A stretch of 64,000 bases of DNA from positions 6,241,531 to 6,305,530 of the forward strand of contig CM082592.2 in NCBI GenBank assembly GCA_040954595.2, in the 5' to 3' direction. The stretch comes from Balanoglossus misakiensis (lineage: Eukaryota > Animalia > Hemichordata). Below, in pieces: positions 1-12,225 of this stretch. A program made the translations under genes and the position numbers. How positions within the stretch are numbered: position 1 is the stretch's first letter; each line of letters opens with the position of its first letter. The notes beneath the pieces are model-generated. The model ran no database searches. It was not told the origin of the DNA and saw nothing but the letters and a program-made list of their open reading frames with translations.

Positions 1-2462
1 GGTAGGAAAAAGCCGGTCATTGTTTTGGACATGGACTACAGCTCATATAGAAACTGGTCGGGTTCTTAATGATGAGAACGTGTGAATATATCTTGAATAG
101 AGGGTGCATAAAATTGATATTAAGCACGCAAAAGAGCGGAGCAAACTATTGTTTCCATAAAATTCTATCCGAAGTAACACGATTCTACCACGCGTTCGAT
201 GACACTGTTATCGCCAGCGATCCTTTTGAGGGAAAATGTCGAACGTGATATCGTGCTCTTTCTACCTCCTCTGGCTTCAATGGATTTTTTTGGAAGAAAT
301 GTGTCGTGATATTTTAGACAATTGGGAAGCGATTCAACACCCACTACTTTGTATTGTATAGATGCCATGGACATTGTACACTTTTTTAATTGATCATTTT
401 TTTCTACTCATAGCGAGATGTCGCGAGGTTAAACTGAAAATTGCCGTAGAAACGGGTCGCTAGCAAAGTCAAGCTTTGTATGAAATTAAAATCGGTGCAG
501 TTTATTTAACAAGAAATGATTTTTTGTGGCGAACGGTTTAACACGATGGCCCATGTGGGCTATGCCCTGCATCACATGAATGCCCCCTAGCCACGCGAGA
601 TCTCGCGAAGCTTCGCGGAGTTCGGCTAATGGTCTATTTGTGATCTGGCAAGCATACTCGGCCTCAACTATACCGAAAGGGTAAATCGCATGAAATGCAG
701 AAAACTAGAATATGACTAAACTACTATTTAACTCCCGTATACAATACTAGAGCAAGGTGAGGAACGTTTCCTGAACGCCGGTTTAACGCAAACCACGCGG
801 TAAGATGTTGACATTGCAATATCTTCGCGTTAACGAAGTTCGACAGATCGATACACTTGTCAAGCACTGATTGAGATTTCGGCTCATTTGTACAGTGTAG
901 ATTTTTACGAGATCATTTATTTTCTTCCTTGGCGTTAAATTAAACTTTACGACGTTTGAGGCATACGAGCGAATGTGTTATACTTATGCGTGAAGGTTAC
1001 CTGCAAAATTGAAGCGGATGTCTTTAAAACGACAGCGAGGGAAACGTTGGCAGAAATTGTCGTGCGGTACATTATTGTAAAGGTACATTTTCTGAACCGT
1101 TTCTCGTTGCACTGCGGTGTGCACACGGGTCATTATCCACAGAATTTTTTCACGCATCATTACTTCTAAAAAGAGTATCTCACACGCAGCATGCTGCCAT
1201 CACTGGTAACAAACCAAATGAAGACTTTGACGAATTTGAGCCCACGGTGATATCACGTTATTTTTTTAAAAAATCATGTTGGGTTCCACTTACAAACACG
1301 TTAATATGCAGAACCCCCACTATATAATTCCCTACTTACAAAATGTGGTTCGACGCATAAAATGTTATTTAGTGGGTGTATTTTTACGAAAGTACCATAG
1401 CTGGTCGTGTTTCTGTTGAGGGTTCGGACAACGCGAATCCTTCCAGCAACTATAATCTATGATAATATAAACTGAACTAAACACAACTATCGCCCATGCA
1501 AAACACGTTTTTTAAAATAAAATAAAAAACTGCAAAATCTCACGTGATAGTAAATTATTTATGATCACATGTTTACGGGAATGTGTCGACCTCGGCAATG
1601 TATTGCTGCCAGCTATATCATCTTTGTATAGAGTACAATTATCACAGAGATATGCTAGTGTTCACATACACAATGTTGCAATTCATTCCTTTCTTTTGCC
1701 TGAGGAGACACAGAGATGTTTCACGTCGATTAGGTAGCTTCGCCGAGGACGTATGGTTGAAGAAACGAATGACTCGTATATCAAAATAGAACGGTATCAC
1801 TCCGCGCACGTTTCCTAGAAGAAATAGTGAAGTATTTTCTGGAAGTACCCAACCATATCGTGCATACTTGTCACCACAATCCCGTCGGCGTCCTGACAGT
1901 TTAGTCGTGAGTCACGAAACAACGTTGTAGAGATTGTAGCTACTCCTTACTTCACATGACATCGACACATATATAATACACGCGCGCGCCATACATACGA
2001 TATGACACGCGATGTTGTGGATTACACTATTAAAAAACACACGCAGTGCTGTAAATCAAATGAAAACGTTTATAGCTGTATTTCTGTGTCAGCGGGTATC
2101 GGTTTCGTTAAAAGCTGGCGAACCCTTTCTGTGCATCACGCCTCGATATAATTTCACGATAAAGTCATTGCACTGTATTTCATTGATTTTGAATTGAGTT
2201 GATTTGTCTTGATTAGAAACAGGCATAATCTGCAAGATTTACCAAAATGCAACTTTCGTCTTGAGCGCATCTAATCACTCGGTGTTCATTTCATCTCTTT
2301 TATTAATGCAGCAGACCTGAGCTACTGTCAGTGTCAATTGCAAGGGTCCACGGCCAAGTGTTGTCTACCTCTCAACTCTGTCAAGACTGGTTGTGCAGAA
2401 AACTCGAAAACTACACGCCACATTGACAGCAAAACCGACGACAAGTCGCCAGCCTGTCCGTC

Positions 2463-3527
2463 ATGATTAACACAACTATGTCAACCGAGACGATGAACTC
2501 TTCCTCGACAATTCCGAGTTTGTCGGCATCAGTGTTGAGGGCGTGGTCGTTGCCTGACGTACTCTTGATCTTAATCGGCATTGTGGGATTTGTAGGCAAC
2601 TTACTCGTCTGCGTCGTGTTCCTGTCCATAAAGAAACTGCGCACGACGACCAACTCTTTCATCGTCAGCCTGGCATTCGCAGACCTGATTTCGTCGCTGA
2701 TGTTCTTCGTGAAGGCGATGAAGCTGCCGATCGGTGAGGGCACGGCGGGACACTTCTACTGCCACGTGATGAAGTCGGACGCCCTGGTCTGGATCTGCGT
2801 CAAGGCCTCCGTGCTGAATCTGGTGGCCGTCACGTTCGAGCGACTGTCGGCCATCGCTTACCCATTACGTCACAAAGTGCATTTCACAAAAACCAAGGCT
2901 ATGGTCCTGCTCGTCTCCGTCTGGCTCGGGGCCGTCGTTTTCGAGAGTTTTGCATTCTATCGATTTCGCTACCGCGACGGGAAGTGCGTTTCCGGCTGGC
3001 CGGACGGGTCTTTCAGGAAACTGGTCGCCATCGTCAATTTTCTGGTCACATATCTACTGCCCTCCTTGTTTCTCTTCTTCGCGTACCTGAAGATCTTGAG
3101 CTGCCTGAAAGCGCAAGCAGAGAAGATCTTGAGCGAGTCGAACAATCAGATAAACAGCCCGTCTTACAGGTTGTTCAAAGCGCGCCGCAAAATGATCTTC
3201 GTTCTCATACTCGTGAGCGCCATCTTCAACCTGTGTTGGACGCCGGTGCACACGGTGTACCTTCTCAACCAGTTCGAGGTCCTCTCCAGTTTAGACTCCA
3301 CCTACTTTCAGTTTTTCGTTCTGGTCGGATTCTTCAATTCTTGCCTCAACCCCTTTGTGTACGCCTTCATGAACGACCATTTCAGGAAAGGGTTTGTCGC
3401 GATTTTCTCCCCTGGCCGCAGCAGAAACGCCATCAATACCCTGGCCTCGATAAACCCCGCCCAGACGTCAGTTTCGCGAGTTCCCAATCTCGGTCGCGGC
3501 CAAAACGATGCTATTATGAAATGCTGA
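2463..3527 (+). CDS. Intronless class A (rhodopsin-like) GPCR, probably a peptide receptor (galanin/allatostatin-A/somatostatin-like), 354 aa
   Basis: Seven hydrophobic segments with class A motifs: GN (TM1), SLAFAD (TM2), ERL variant of D/ERY (TM3), W (TM4), CWTP (TM6), NPFVY (TM7). N-terminal N-glycosylation sequons and extracellular Cys pair are present. The subfamily assignment is a guess. Confidence 0.9.
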   Translation: MINTTMSTETMNSSSTIPSLSASVLRAWSLPDVLLILIGIVGFVGNLLVCVVFLSIKKLRTTTNSFIVSLAFADLISSLMFFVKAMKLPIGEGTAGHFYCHVMKSDALVWICVKASVLNLVAVTFERLSAIAYPLRHKVHFTKTKAMVLLVSVWLGAVVFESFAFYRFRYRDGKCVSGWPDGSFRKLVAIVNFLVTYLLPSLFLFFAYLKILSCLKAQAEKILSESNNQINSPSYRLFKARRKMIFVLILVSAIFNLCWTPVHTVYLLNQFEVLSSLDSTYFQFFVLVGFFNSCLNPFVYAFMNDHFRKGFVAIFSPGRSRNAINTLASINPAQTSVSRVPNLGRGQNDAIMKC

Positions 3528-4314
3528 CATGAAACTATTAGTATTGACAGCAATTCTTGCCGTTTCTTGGGCACTGTTGCACAGGCGTCGGCGTCGAAAT
3601 GCAGATACTTTTCGTTATCATCAAAAAATCATAAAATAACTTGAATAATGGTACCAGTGATTCACTTCAGTCAATGTGAATAGTGTGCGCACCTCCCCAC
3701 AGCACATCCGCCTCACTCGTCATTTACTTTGAAAACGATTGTCATTGCTAATATGGGCGACAAATTTTGGATTGTCGCAAGAAAACTTGCCTAATTGGAC
3801 GGTCTAAGATAGGCATATTTGCTGTGTGCGGTGGGTAGGTAGTTATTGACACGATCCTGTACTGTACAGTATTGAGTAGAAGTGCAGTCCGCCATCATTA
3901 GTTATTGCGGACTGCTTCTTTCGTCTTAGCAGTTACACCTGTTAAGTTACTGAAAACGTGGCTGTCACATGGCACTGTACCGGAAGTAGATGGGCTGGAT
4001 GAACGAACATCTGCACACACCGTCGGGGAAAACACATCGAGCGCGACACACTTCACTGCAAACAGACATTTCCGACTGGGCTTTGGCATAAACAGAACGA
4101 TGCGTTTTTTATTGTGATAATTTTTTATGCTCTCGATGCAGTTTTCGTTCAATCGACTACACCTTTCAACGCCTGCACAGCGCAGTTACTGTACGTACGT
4201 GTACACGTACATACGTTTGTAGAACGCACGCTCACGTATCAACTGTGAATGTCGAATACTACGTACCAAAATAATACTGATGTTGTACTAACCTTCACGA
4301 AATTGCAGCCCGGG

Positions 4315-4497
4315 GCCGTGAGTTTAGGGTAGGGTTAGCTCTGCGTGGCAGGGCTGACTGGTGGTTGTTACCGGCTGCGCTATGCGCAGCCGGTAACAAC
4401 ACACAACCCAAGAACCACGCAGAGCTGTAAGGTACTAGGTCGGCTTGAATGGGCCCATTCAAGCCGACCAGCCCTAACCCTACCCTAGCCCCACGGC
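4315..4497. mobile_element. Nested palindromic (foldback/MITE-like) element with TTAGGG-like terminal inverted repeats
   Basis: Outer IR gccgtg..tagggtagggttag (4315-4338) / ctaaccctaccctag..cacggc (4474-4497). Inner IR 4337-4348/4415-4426. Perfect 17-bp stem 4364-4380/4384-4400. Perfect 32-bp palindrome 4438-4469. Confidence 0.7.
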
Positions 4498-6101
4498 ACG
4501 AAGTACAATTTGCCGGTACCCGTTGCGTTGTTCCGTGCAATGCACCTACTCCAGTAAACGTAGTGGTATGATAGCCATCTTGCCTGGACGGACGTGGACT
4601 CGACAAAATGTCTCATTCAAATTCCCGTGCACGTGCGCGAACATTCGAGATACGAAAGGACGCCATCACCGACAACAATAAAACACTAAAACGCTTTGTG
4701 AAAGAAAAAAATCCAAATTATGTTTGACCCTCTTACTTATATTATTTTAGAAGTATATTTAATTAAACATTTATTAATGTTTCAATTCATCAAGTTATAT
4801 TTTAAAACACTCGAGTACACTGACATATCTTCAGTCGCTCTATCTGGACTCACTTCAACTTTTCTGCACTATTAATACTTTGTTTTCCAGCACGTGTTAT
4901 TGATCCGCCCTTAACGTCTCTGTCAAAGCGATAATATTACTACCTTCCGCGTTATTAATAGCCTTGACGTTATGCTTGGCATTTTATAATTGCTGATTTT
5001 ACCTATAATTGAGAAATGTGAAATAAATTTGAAACGAGTGATTATTAAAGAGTCTTAGCATTGCGTATCTACTGCCAATTTCACGGGCAACTTTTCTAAC
5101 CCATCGACCATGTTGATGAACTATCGCTACACTGTACTGTATGTGTGGTTATTTTTTCTCCGCAAAGAACGCGGGCGTTCACATCAATTAAAATCCGTTC
5201 GATGGATCGAGAGTAATGGAAATATGACGTCCTCGTTCGTTAATTGAATGCGGAGGTCTGTCGTTATTCCGCAACTCGTAGCGATTGTTTGGGTCTTTTT
5301 TTTTCTGGATTCGAACGATTGTTGCTAATATACACACATTAAGTGACGCTGTTCTCCCCAACTAATCGAACCGCCACAAAACGCCATGTGAACAAAACCA
5401 CCGCACAACAGGTGGCTAACATGTTTCCGCCTATTCATTCGGCACGATGAAAGTGCCTCTGTTATTCACAATTTAAAAAAAATAAAACCGCATTCAACAT
5501 CCCCACGGCACAGAAGATAGGCCTGACACTGTACAAGGGTGTTATTTATATTTAACCAGTGGGCCACGCATTAAGACTTTCCATCTCATGCCAATGGACA
5601 CGTCCAAAATTAACAATTAAAGAGTGTGTACCTCGTTTCATAACGCCAATTAAACATGCAAAAAATTAAATTTCCATGAATTGTTGGGGCTTTATAATAG
5701 TGTTTATTTCACCTACAAAAACACTGACTCTTATATGTTTCTCTGTTTTTTTCTGGATATAATTCTGGTACCATTTATACAATCTTTCATTATTGCTTCC
5801 GGTGATACATAAGTATATATATATATATATCACAGACAAAAGAAACCAAGAAATTACAAGAATCTCGCGAGAAAGACTATAAATCTTACTAAAAGCGCGA
5901 ACATGTTGTATTGAGCTCTCCACGTATCGAAAGGTACACAGTCATCTATACAAATTTACCCACAGTTACCATGGAAATTTACGATCTAGCCAACCACAGA
6001 TTTTCAGTGGGTGAATGTGCCATCACATAGTTTATCTAAGAATTAGACACGCTCTTTTGACCATATATGGGAATACGTCAATAAGATGTGGTTGTATTCC
6101 T

Positions 6102-7933
6102 TTAACATGACGATTCTGATTCCTGACGAAGACGTTTTCTGCCAGATTTTCTTTCTACTTCCTTTCCAACCTTCTCCATTCGCTTTCGTCTTCTGGCTTC
6201 GACAATAGTGACGCAAAGGTCAACAATGACGATAGACGTGCCAATTAAGATCAGTACGGATGAAAACACATAGGATGGTAAGTTGCGGCGGGTTAGTGCC
6301 ATGAAGCTGCGTCCAGACTGACGTAACCGTGACGTAGACGTCTCTTTGCCGGCGGTTCCTGCTGCCGCGGCTGTTTGCTGCGTTGTGATGTCAGTGGTAG
6401 TTGGTGGCCCCACTGTGGTCGTTGGTGGCTCCACTGTGGTTTTTGGTGGCTCCACTGTGGTTGTTGGTGGCTCCACTGTGGTTTTTGGTGGCTCCACTGT
6501 GGTTTTTGGTGGTGGTGGCTCCACTGTGGTTTTTGGTGGCTCCACTGTGGTGACAGTGGTTGTTGGTGGCTCCACTAAGGTTTTTGGTGGCTCCACTGTG
6601 GTTGTTGGTGGCTCCACTGTGGTTGTTGGTGGCTCCACTGTGGTGACAGTGGTTGTTGGTGGCTCCACTGTGGTTTTTGGTGGCTCCACTGTGGTTGTTG
6701 GTGGCTCCACTGTGGTTGTTGGTGGCTCCACTGTGGTTGTTGGTGGCTCCACTGTGGTTTTTGGTGGCTCCACTGTGGTTTTTGGTGGTGGTGGCTCCAC
6801 TGTGGTTTTTGGTGGCTCCTTTGTGTTTGTTGCAGGCTCCATTGTAGTGACGACAGCGGTTGTTGGTGGCTGCATTGTTGTTGACTCATGGTCTATTTCT
6901 TTATAAATAAGTGGAATTGAAAATCCTTTTATTTCACACACAAAAGACAACAGAATTCCGTGCACAGACAAAATGTATTTATATCTGTAGAAATGTGATA
7001 GAAATGGGATAAATCGCTCCCCAGTACTTACGTGGAAACTTGCAAATATAAGGATAAGCCAGGGTGCAGTCCTTCGGCATCCACTTAAATCCTTCGTCTT
7101 TGTCCATGACTGCGCATCTCTCGGGTCCAGAACCACTTTTCCAGCGCTCAAACCCAACATCCTCCAGACGCCTTCCGTCGACCCACTCGTACTCGCCACC
7201 TCCCAAGGAGTCGTGAATGCCCACCCAGTAGCTGTAGGTCGGATCGAAGGTGTCCTCGAGGAACTGCTGGTCGTCACTTTCCTCGAGGACTGGGAAGTCC
7301 CCCGAGGGAACGCTGTTGAGGCACGCGATCCGGCCTTCAAAGAAGGACAGCGGCTGGTCGGTGTGATACTGGTAGCATGAGTCTTCGTACTCAAACTGGC
7401 CGCTTAAACACGCTGCAATTAAAAACTTGTCTCAGAACTTTACAGAAACCAGACCTCTGATGGCAAGTAGACAACGTACAGCTCTTTTAGTGAAGACATA
7501 TTGAGAGCCATGAGGGACTGTGAGTTGCAAGAAATGCTCGCTTTTTTCCAATCCAGTCGGCTCAGCTCCATGCAATTGCGCTTTAAATGTTCCATAGAAA
7601 GACAAACTATGTTCTGGTTGCGGCGGCCATCTTATATCTCACATTATGCAAAATCTCTCATCACTTTAAAACATTTCTGGTTTATTACTAAAAGTGACCC
7701 AAAAGTCCTGCATTCTAACCATACAGAGGATATGCGTGTATATCTGGGTTGTCATCAACAAAACTGTGAAACCCACCAACTGGTCGGCAAATGTTAGGCC
7801 TACATAGATTACAAAAGTTACTCCTAAAAATATACTACCGATGTTTATAAAAATAGACAGACTTACCAATGCAGCATATATAGCGTTGACCGATCTGCAA
7901 AATGAACGCTATTTTCCACGAGAAGACATGCAT
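6102..7933 (-). CDS. C-type lectin domain + Pro/Thr mucin stalk + TM type I membrane protein, paralog A (3 coding exons)
   Basis: Exons 7867-7933 (signal peptide-like MHVFSWKIAFILQIG..CCI), 7032-7412 (CTLD: C..SCY..C..YWVGIHD..WVDG..W..ERCAVM..W...C....YIC) and 6102-6898 (or alternative acceptor 6892; PPTTTVE repeats, TM, basic tail ending ESSC). GT-AG introns, all phase 1. Confidence 0.88.
6408..6818 (-). repeat. Coding minisatellite, 21-bp unit (PP[T/K]TTVE) with occasional longer variants
   Basis: Repeated ggtggctccactgtggtt(g/t)tt on the + strand. Confidence 0.95.
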
Positions 7934-8786
7934 CGTGCCCGTATTTTAAAAGGGTGGTCGGATGAAATATCTTTACCTCTACATGCAGTGATTTTAATTC
8001 ACAGGGACACAGCACAATTTACATACTTGATACATAATTTACGTGTTACTGGGCCAACCGACAGAATACAAATTCAACACCCTGTCAAATTCAATAAATA
8101 TCGATAACTCCAATTGAATGTCTGTCATTACATGCCCTTTTACCATGTCCAAACACGGGTAGTAAAGTTCAGGTAATTGAAATTACAGAACAAGCGAAAT
8201 CTGAACCCGTGTACGTCAGTTCGCGTTTGCAGGGCACGAGACTTTTGTTCGTATTCTGGTAGAAGACGCGCCATAAAAATCAACTTGAGGCAGTAATGTG
8301 CTGTTCCTAACAACAAACAAGGAAACATATTCCTAACAACAAACAGGAAAATATTCCCCCTGTTGATTTGCTAATGCAAGCGTGAAACTACAGGAGAATA
8401 CTTTGTTTTTGCATGATGGAACTACATTGTATCTTGCACAAATTATTCTCAAAAATTACCTATACACACGAAGCCAGGCAAAAACATATCGATCAGATAT
8501 CTTCGTATCTACCGACCGGTCTTAAAACTTTTAGTCAATTAATGAGAACTAAATGAATAAATGAAGCATCATTAATTGCCATCGAGAATTAGCGCAAGCT
8601 AACATAAACTCACATTAACTCATCAAGCACATACACCCTTTTCATAAGCTTGTACCCTCATGCAGCCATCAGCCAATCGCATCAAAGGGATTACCCAATT
8701 GGCCTCGCTCTGATTCAAATTGATGATGGCCGCATGAGGACGCTAAACATATATGAATAGGGTGTATCAGTTCAAATATCTGATGA

Positions 8787-11700
8787 TCAACACGAAGATT
8801 CGAATTCCCGGCGGTGCCTTTTCGACGGTCTTCTTTCTTCTCTGTCCTCATTCTCGTTTCTTCGTTTACGTCTTCTGGCGGCGGCGAGGAGATAGCAGCA
8901 ATCTAAAATGACGAGAAATGTACCGATGGAGAACAACACGGAGGAAAACACGTACGACGGCAACCTTCGCATTATTTGATCCAAAAGGCCGCCTCCTTCC
9001 CTTTCGAGCGGGGCCGTCGTGGAGACAGGTGCGGGGGTTACAGTGACTGTTTTCGCGAGTAACTCGGTTGTCATCACCACGGTCGTGGTTTTCGCTGGAG
9101 TGGCCGCTGCGCCAGTTGGCGGTTGTGTTGTTGTGGTGGTGGCGGTGACTGGCGGTTGATTCGCAGTAGTGAACCCCGTCGTTGGAGAATCCACTGTTGT
9201 CGCGGTGGTCGTTGGTGGCATTGACGTTGGCAGCTGCGATGTGGTGAATGCGGTCGTTGGTGGTTGATTACTGGTGACAGTGGTCGTTGGTGGCTCTGTA
9301 GTGGTGAAAGATGTTGTTGGTGGTTGTTTAGTGGTGAGAGTTGTCGTTTGTGGTTGTGAAGTCGTGACAATGGTCGTTGGTGATTCTGTAGTAGTGGCAG
9401 TGGTGGTTGGTGGTTCTATCGTTGTAACAGTTGTAGTTGGTGGCTCTGTTGTGGTGACAGTGGTCGTAGGCGGCGCTGTAGTGGTGGCAGTGGTGGTTGG
9501 TGGTTCTATCGTTGTAACAGTTGTAGTTGGTGGCTCTGTTGTGGTGACAGTGGTCGTAGGCGGCGCTGTAGTGGTGGCAGTGGTGGTTGGTGGTTCTATC
9601 GTTGTAACAGTTGTAGTTGGTGGCTCTGTTGTGGTGACAGTGGTCGTAGGCGGCGCTGTAGTGGTGGTTGGTGGTTCTGTGGTTGTAACAGTTGTAGTTG
9701 GTGGCTCTGTTGTGGTGACAGTGGTCGTAGGCAGCGCCGTAGTGGTGGCAGTGGTCGTTGGTGGTTCTGTCGTTGTAACAGTTGTAGTTGGTGGCTCTGT
9801 TGTGGTGACAGTGGTCGTGGGCGGCGCCGTAGTGGTGGCAGTGGTCGTTGGTGGTTCTGTCGTTGTAACAGTTGTAGTTGGTGGCTCTGTTGTGGTAACA
9901 GTGGTCGTGGGCGGCGCCGTAGTGGTGGCAGTGGTCGTTGGTGGTTCTGTCGTTGTAACAGTTGTAGTTGGTGGCTCTGTTGTGGTGACAGTGGTCGTAG
10001 GCAGCGCTGTAGTAGTGGCAGTGGTCGTTGGTGGCTCTGTTGTGGTGACAGTGGTCGTGGGCGGCGCCGTAGTGGTGGCAGTGGTCGTTGGTGGTTCTGT
10101 CGTTGTAACAGTTGTAGTTGGTGGCTCTGTTGTGGTAACAGTGGTCGTGGGCGGCGCCGTAGTGGTGGCAGTGGTCGTTGGTGGTTCTGTCGTTGTAACA
10201 GTTGTAGTTGGTGGCTCTGTTGTGGTGACAGTGGTCGTAGGCAGCGCTGTAGTAGTGGCAGTGGTCGTTGGTGGCTCTGTTGTGGTGACAGTGGTCGTGG
10301 GCGGCGCCGTAGTGGTGACAGTGGTCGTTGGTGGTTCTGTCGTTGTAACAGTAGTAGTCGTTTGTTCAGTTGTCATGGCACCTGTGGGCCCGGGCGTTGT
10401 AGGTACCCCTGCATCGATGTAGACGGAATTTCTAAATTTAGTTTTCAGCTCAACTACTAAGTATTAAACGGTTTAAAAACAACAGCAGTTTTGGTTCAAT
10501 TTAGCTTAGTCATGCGCACGCAAGTCCTGAATCAGACCTATGCTGTCGAATTTTATGCACCTGGCTCGTTAATCGTTATTCAGTACATCTGATCTAGACA
10601 TATCAACGTTATGGAGACTTGCCCTGGCACGTGAAGTCGAATTCGAACTTGTCTATTTGCCCGCTCTAACAGCGGATTCTCAACGTGATTACTTAGTATC
10701 TCGAACACGCACACTGGACACGACGGTGATTGGACACGGTCACCCTATTCCTTGGCATAATTATGCCATGATAATCACCAATATCATAGTCAGAGAACAC
10801 CATCCGTCGTGCAGCGCAGGCTGAATGTGATATCATCAACAATAATTGCATATATTACATTACACATGCATGCACAGGTTGTGTCTACACGTCAGATGAT
10901 GGATAGGAATAAACAGGACAAAATTATTTGGGAAATAACTTCGCACGAGTAACAGCCGCTCTCCCTTCAACTCAACTCTTGCAAGGTATGGAAAAAAAGA
11001 TGTGAAAAAATATTGGGGGGGGGGGGGGTCTTGATGCGTGTTTTGATGTTGTGATCTATATCTGTAATCTATATGCTCACCTGGGAACTGACAAATGTAT
11101 CCGTGTGTCTCAAAGCTAGGGTCCGCCGATACCCATTGAAAGCCGAAGTCCTTGTGCATGACGGCTGACTGGAGCGTTGGGTCCACCGTAAGGTCTGGAT
11201 TTGCAGGCGCCCAGTTCTCGTAGCCAGTGTCCGACAGCCTCCTACCGTCGAACCAGTCGAAAATGGTATTACCTCCCAGGTTGTCGTATATGCCCACCCA
11301 GTAGCTGATGCTTGGGTCCAAGATGCCGGCAAGGAACGCCTGGTCGGCGGCCTTTTCAATGACGGGGAACATCCCGAACGGAAAGGACATCATGCACGTA
11401 TTCAGACTGTCGAACCAATTCTGTTGGCTCGTGAAATACTCGTAGCACGAGCCTTCATAACGGTGCTGGCCGGCCGGGCACGCTACGACAAAACACACGG
11501 CATATATTGCCATTAAGAATCTCCAAGGAGAACTATATAAAGGGCCAATATCTACAACTTCTGGCTATTTTTTTCCGGTATTTTTGTTTTGTTTATCGAA
11601 TTATTTTGTTTGTCCCCTCTGTAGTTCGGGCTTGAATATAAGTTTTAAAGATAACAATAACAATGTCGATTGTGTACAAATGGGCTATCTGTACATTTAC

Positions 11701-12133
11701 TGTAATGTAACTCTGCCTCGGGAAGATGAACAAGAAACCGTGTTTGATACTGAAGGCCATAAACTCAGGCTGTCAAAATTAATTTATCTTCACTGACATT
11801 ATAATTTTTATAGACAATGAGCCCCCCTCCCCCCCCCCAAAAAAACACAATAACAACAACAACACAAAACAAGGTTTACCTACACTGAACTAACACACAG
11901 CTAAAAAAGTCTTTTAAAAATTACGAAGGTTTCCAAAAGTAGGTAAAGCCAAACAGACGCAACCGAGCCCCCCTCCCTTTCGATAAAATATTCGACTCGT
12001 CTACGGAATGTATCTGCTATCAGAGAGTGTATTTGCAAGTGTATTGCTATAACGTAAAAACAAGCTTACCGGTGCAACACATAAGTCCACTAGCTTGTAT
12101 TACGAGAGCTATTTTCCACGCATGGAGGGCCAT
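8787..12133 (-). CDS. C-type lectin domain + long Thr/Pro mucin stalk + TM type I membrane protein, paralog B (3 coding exons)
   Basis: Exons 12070-12133 (MALHAWKIALVIQASGLMCCT; in-frame upstream ATG at 12148), 11081-11482 (CTLD) and 8787-10408 (mucin, TM LPSYVFSSVLFSIGTFLVILD, tail ending ESSC). Same intron phases as paralog A. Confidence 0.9.
9250..10360 (-). repeat. Coding minisatellite, 30-bp unit (PPTTT[V/A]TTT[E/A]) with 60/90-bp higher-order structure
   Basis: Visible 30-bp periodicity. Lines at 9421/9601, 9781/9961/10201 and 9841/10081 are near-identical. Confidence 0.95.
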
Positions 12134-12215
12134 TTTTCGTGAAATCATCCGAAGATAGATCAGCTCGCGTGCCTGTAGCTACTTCGTTTCTCTTCGGTTT
12201 GGTTCAGATAGCTTC

Positions 12216-12225
12216 GTCACGTGAC
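12216..12225. promoter_or_regulatory. Perfect CLEAR/USF-type E-box GTCACGTGAC upstream of C-type lectin paralog B
   Basis: Exact palindrome ~70-80 bp 5' of the start codon(s). Confidence 0.5.

Noticed and set aside
165-374. 69-aa ORF at the window start
   Set aside because: No recognisable homology or convincing exon structure.
6102-7394. 430-aa single ORF as the lectin A product
   Set aside because: Its 5' part is out of frame with the CTLD and reads through an intron; the spliced three-exon model fits better.
6408-10360. CRISPR-like repeat arrays
   Set aside because: Eukaryotic coding tandem repeats without unique spacers.
6346-10422. Long Val/Gly-rich plus-strand ORFs (6346-6906, 9274-10422) and other frames across the repeats
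   Set aside because: Antisense or alternative-frame shadows of the Thr/Pro mucin repeats.
7414-12148. One shared signal exon alternatively spliced to two lectin cassettes
   Set aside because: Paralog A has its own homologous signal exon at 7867-7933.
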